Assembly (NCBI RefSeq): GCF_963921235.1 | Contig: NC_086097.1 | Span: forward strand, 31,870,001 to 31,934,000 | DNA: 64,000 nt | Source: Mobula hypostoma | Taxonomy: Eukaryota | Reading direction: 5' to 3' | Shown here: positions 58,701 through 64,000 of the stretch, in pieces | How positions within the stretch are numbered: the first letter of the stretch is position 1 | Layout: each line of letters starts with the position of its first letter | Notes under the pieces: model-generated | Seen by the model: only the letters and a program-made list of their open reading frames with translations | What the model was told of the DNA's origin: nothing | Databases searched by the model: none | Made by a program: the position numbers and the translations under genes

Positions 58701-61700
58701 AGTCGCTGTCTATTCAGGGTGAGGGTCAGTCACTGTGCAGCTGTACAGAGTCGCTGTCTATTCTGGGTGAGGGTCACTGTGCAGCTGTACAGAATCGCTG
58801 TCTATTCAGGGTGAGGGTCAGTCACTGTGCAGCTGTACAGAGTCGCTGTCTATTCCGGGTGAGGGTCACTGTGCAGCTGTACAGAGTCGCTGTCTATTCA
58901 GGGTGAGGGTCAGTCACTGTGCAGCTGTACAGAGTCGCTGTCTATTCCGGGTGAGGGTCACTGTGCAGCTGTACAGAGTCGCTGTCTATTCAGGGTGAGG
59001 ATCAGTCACTGTGCAGCTGTACAGAGTCGCTGTCTATTCCGGGTGAGGGTCACTGTGCAGCTGTACAGAGTCACTGTCTATTCAGGGTGAGGATCAGTCA
59101 CTGTGCAGCTGTACAGAGTCGCTGTCTATTCCGGGTGAGGGTCACTGTGCAGCTGTACAGAGTCACTGTCTATTCAGGGTGAGGGTCACTGTGCAGCTGT
59201 ACAGAGTCACTGTCTATTCAGGGTGAGGGTCACTGAGCAGCTGTACAGAGTCACTGTCTATTCAGGGTGAGGGTCACTGAGCAACTGTACAGAGTCACTG
59301 TCTATTCAGGGTGAGGGTCACTGTGCAGCTGTACAGAGTCACTGTCTATTCAGGGTGAGGGTCACTGTGCAACTGTACAGAGTCACTGTCTATTCAGGGT
59401 GAGGGTCACTGTGCAACTGTACAGAGTCACTGTCTATTCAGGGTGAGGGTCACTGTGCAACTGTACAGAGTCGCTGTCTATTCAGGGTGAGGGTCACTGA
59501 GCAACTGTACAGAGTCGCTGTCTATTCAGGGTGAGGGTCACTGTGTAACTGTACTGAGTCACTGTTTATTCAGGGTGAGGGTCAGCCACTGTGTAAATGT
59601 ACAGAGTCTGTTTATTCAGGGTGAGGGTCACTGTGCAGCTGTACAGAGTCGCTGTCTATTCAGGGTGAGGGTCAGTCACTGTGCAGCTGTACAGAGCCGC
59701 TGTCTATTCCGGGTGAGGGTCACTGTGCAGCTGTACAGAGTCGCTGTCTATTCAGGGTGAGGGTCAGTCACTGTGCAGCTGTACAGAGTCGCTGTCTATT
59801 CCGGGTGAGGGTCACTGTGCAGCTGTACAGAGTCGCTGTCTATTCAGGGTGAGGGTCAGTCACTGTGCAGCTGTACAGAGTCGCTGTCTATTCCGGGTGA
59901 GGGTCACTGTGCAGCTGTACAGAGTCGCTGTCTATTCAGGGTGAGGGTCAGTCACTGTGCAGCTGTACAGAGTCGCTGTCTATTCCGGGTGAGGGTCACT
60001 GTGCAGCTGTACAGAGTCGCTGTCTATTCAGGGTGAGGGTCAGTCACTGTGCAGCTGTACAGAGTCGCTGTCTATTCCGGGTGAGGATCACTGTGCAGCT
60101 GTACAGAGTCGCTGTCTATTCAGGGTGAGGGTCAGTCACTGTGCAGCTGTACAGAGTCGCTGTCTATTCCGGGTGAGGGTCACTGTGCAGCTGTACAGAG
60201 TCGCTGTCTATTCAGGGTGAGGGTCACTGTGCAGCTGTACAGAGTCACTGTCTATTCAGGGTGAGGGTAACTGTGCAGCTGTACAGAGTCACTGTCTATT
60301 CAGGGTGAGGGTCACTGTGCAACTGTACAGAGTCACTGTCTATTCAGGGTGAGGGTCACTGAGCAGCTGTACAGAGTCACTGTCTATTCAGGGTGAGGGT
60401 CACTGAGCAGCTGTACAGAGTCGCTGTCTATTCAGGGTGAGGGTCAGTCACTGTGCAGCTGTACAGAGTCGCTGTCTATTCTGGGTGAGGGTCACTGTGC
60501 AGCTGTACAGAATCGCTGTCTATTCAGGGTGAGGGTCAGTCACTGTGCAGCTGTACAGAGTCGCTGTCTATTCCGGGTGAGGGTCACTGTGCAGCTGTAC
60601 AGAGTCGCTGTCTTTTCAGGGTGAGGGTCAGTCACTGTGCAGCTGTACAGAGTCGCTGTCTATTCCGGGTGAGGGTCACTGTGCAGCTGTACAGAGTCGC
60701 TGTCTATTCAGGGTGAGGATCAGTCACTGTGCAGCTGTACAGAGTCGCTGTCTATTCCGGGTGAGGGTCACTGTGCAGCTGTACAGAGTCACTGTCTATT
60801 CAGGGTGAGGATCAGTCACTGTGCAGCTGTACAGAGTCGCTGTCTATTCCGGGTGAGGGTCACTGTGCAGCTGTACAGAGTCGCTGTCTATTCAGGGTGA
60901 GGGTCAGTCACTGTGCAGCTGTACAGAGCCGCTGTCTATTCCGGGTGAGGGTCACTGTGCAGCTGTACAGAGTCGCTGTCTATTCAGGGTGAGGGTCAGT
61001 CACTGTGCAGCTGTACAGAGTCGCTGTCTATTCCGGGTGAGGGTCACTGTGCAGCTGTACAGAGTCGCTGTCTATTCAGGGTGAGGGTCAGTCACTGTGC
61101 AGCTGTACAGAGTCGCTGTCTATTCCGGGTGAGGGTCACTGTGCAGCTGTACAGAGTCGCTGTCTATTCAGGGTGAGGGTCAGTCACTGTGCAGCTGTAC
61201 AGAGTCGCTGTCTATTCCGGGTGAGGGTCACTGTGCAGCTGTACAGAGTCGCTGTCTATTCAGGGTGAGGGTCAGTCACTGTGCAGCTGTACAGAGTCGC
61301 TGTCTATTCCGGGTGAGGGTCACTGTGCAGCTGTACAGAGTCGCTGTCTATTCAGGGTGAGGGTCAGTCACTGTGCAGCTGTACAGAGTCGCTGTCTATT
61401 CCGGGTGAGGGTCACTGTGCAGCTGTACAGAGTCGCTGTCTATTCAGGGTGAGGGTCACTGTGCAGCTGTACAGAGTCGCTGTCTATTCAGGGTGAGGGT
61501 CACTGTGCAACTGTACAGAGTCACTGTCTATTCAGGGTGAGGGTCACTGAGCAGCTGTACAGAGTCGCTGTCTATTCAGGGTGAGGGTCAGTCACTGTGC
61601 AGCTGTACAGAGTCGCTGTCTATTCCGGGTGAGGGTCACTGTGCAGCTGTACAGAGTCGCTGTCTATTCAGGGTGAGGGTCAGTCACTGTGCAGCTGTAC

Positions 61701-63190
61701 AGAGTCGCTGTCTATTCCGGGTGAGGGTCACTGTGCAGCTGTACAGAGTCGCTGTCTATTCAGGGTGAGGGTCAGTCATTGTGCAGCTGTACAGAGTCGC
61801 TGTCTATTCCGGGTGAGGGTCACTGTGCAGCTGTACAGAGTCGCTGTCTATTCAGGGTGAGGGTCAGTCACTGTGCAGCTGTACAGAGTCGCTGTCTATT
61901 CCGGGTGAGGGTCACTGTGCAGCTGTACAGAGTCACTGTCTATTCAGGGTGAGGGTCACTGTGCAGCTGTACAGAGTCACTGTCTATTCAGGGTGAGGGT
62001 CACTGTGCAGCTGTACAGAGTCACTGTCTATTCAGGGTGAGGGTCACTGTGCAGCTGTACAGAGTCACTGTCTATTCAGGGTGAGGGTCACTGTGCAACT
62101 GTACAGAGTCACTGTCTATTCAGGGTGAGGGTCACTGAGCAGCTGTACAGAGTCACTGTCTATTCAGGGTGAGGGTCAGTCACTGTGTAACTGTACAGAG
62201 TCACTGTCTATTCAGGGTGAGGGTCACTGAGCAGCTGTACAGAGTCACTGTCTATTCAGGGTGAGGGTCACTGAGCAGCTGTACAGAGTCACTGTTTATT
62301 CAGGGTGAGGGTCACTGTGTAACTGTACAGAGTCGCTGTCTATTCAGGGTGAGGGTCACTGAGCAACTGTACAGAGTCACTGTCTATTCAGGGTGAGGGT
62401 CACTGTGTAACTGTACAGAGTCACTGTCTATTCAGGGTGAGGGTCACTGAGCAGCTGTACAGAGTCACTGTCTATTCAGGGTGAGGGTCACTGAGCAGCT
62501 GTACAGAGTCACTGTCTATTCAGGGTGAGGGTCACTGAGCAACTGTACAGAGTCACTGTCTATTCAGGGTGAGGGTCACTGTGTAACTGTACAGAGTCAC
62601 TGTCTATTCAGGGTGAGGGTCACTGTGTAACTGTACAGAGTCACTGTCTATTCAGGGTGAGGGTCACTGTGCAACTGTACAGAGTCACTGTCTATTCAGG
62701 GTGAGGGTCACTGTGCAACTGTACAGAGTCGCTGTCTATTCAGGGTGAGGGTCACTGTGTAACTGTACTGAGTCACTGTTTATTCAGGGTGAGGGTCAGC
62801 CACTGTGTAACTGTACAGAGTCTGTTTATTCAGGGTGAGGGTCACTGTGCAACTGTACAGAGTCACTGTTTATTCAGGGTGAGGGTCACTGTGTAACTGT
62901 ACAGAGTCACTGTCTATTCAGGGTGAGGGTCACTGTGTAACTGTACAGAGTCACTGTATATTCAGGGTGAGGGTCACTGTGCAACTGTACAGAGTCACTG
63001 TTTATTCAGGGTGAGGGTCACTGTGCAGCTGTACAGAGTCACTGTCTATTCAGGGTGAGGGTCACTGTGTAACTGTACAGAGTCACTGTTTATTCAGGGT
63101 GAGGGTCACTGAGTAACTGTACAGAGTCACTGTTTATTCAGGGGGAGGGTCACTCACTGTGTAACTGTACAGAATCAGTGTTTATTCAGA
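55706..63190. repeat. ~7.5 kb satellite, 44-bp monomer (cagggtgagggtcactgtgcagctgtacagagtcgctgtctatt) with a 48-bp variant; roughly 165 copies
   Basis: Directly visible tandem array in the esr2 intron after the first zinc-finger exon. Confidence 0.99.
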
Positions 63191-64000
63191 ATAGCCCGTA
63201 AGTGTTGTCGTGTTTGCTGTGCTAACCTAGCCTGCCCACATTCTCTGATTTCGGAATACTGGGTGAAACTGGAGCGGTTGGAGCGGAATAAGGAAACCCA
63301 TGCTGGGTCACTGGTGCGGTGTAGCATTATACTAACTGCTATACTACCGTGCCACCCTATCCCCTTGTGTCAGCATTTTCGGCGGGGGTGGGGGGCACTG
63401 TAACCTTGCAAATCAGGGTCTCTCTGCACATCCTTTTGTAGGTCTCTGCAACTTACTCAATGTTTCCTGAATTAGACTCCTGGAGTACATTACCTCAAAT
63501 CTGTCTGGATTAAATCCCACCTGCCACTGCTCCGTCCAACTTTCCAGATGTTCTGTGTCCTGCTGTGTCTTTAGACAAATTTTTTTGTTATCTACAGCTC
63601 TGCAAACTTTTATGTTGTCAGCAAACTTACTAATCAGATGCCTTATATGCTCATTTATATATGTATTACAAACAGGAAAGGTCTCAGTGCCAACCCTTGC
63701 AAACAACACTTTTATAGAGAGAAGTCGTTCCATCACTATCTTCTGGATTTATCACTTCAGCAAATTAGGGTGAAATGAATGTGCCCTGGTTCCTTTGTGT
63801 CTTAACCTTTTGGCTCAACCTCCTGTGTGGAATGTGGGCATAGGACAGTACAGTCCTTCAGCTGTCATTTCTGCATGGCATCATAGCATTGTGGTTAACG
63901 TAATGTTTTACAGGGCCAGCAATTGGAAATTCAGGGTTCAATTCCTGCTCCAGTCTATAAGGATTTGTACATTCTCCCCAGGCCCACTTAGGTCTCCTCC

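Noticed and set aside
55706..63190. CRISPR-like array or repetitive coding exon
   Set aside because: No unique spacers, eukaryotic context, and no long ORF; it is a satellite.

Overview
Repeat-dense vertebrate genomic DNA. The repeat set (CR1, Rex1/Babar, RTE, Penelope-like, V-domain SINEs) points to a cartilaginous fish, probably a ray; this is inference. The only host gene I can support is estrogen receptor beta (esr2, + strand). Its first coding exon is 46654-47148 (A/B domain) and its first zinc-finger exon is 53636-53799; the rest of the gene lies beyond the window. Most other six-frame ORFs are retroelement remnants or tandem-repeat artefacts. Notable observations: (1) short palindromic, TSD-flanked Penelope-derived elements carry minimal hammerhead-ribozyme folds, with an intact core at 15794-15833 (-); (2) a tRNA/CORE-type SINE shares its 3' tail with a young RTE LINE in the same window; (3) a ~7.5 kb intronic satellite has nested 22/44/92/1718-bp structure and a nuclear-receptor half-site (GGGTCA) in nearly every monomer; (4) a minisatellite pairing a half-site with a GC box lies ~4 kb upstream of the esr2 start codon. 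Family names come from motif recall, not database searches.
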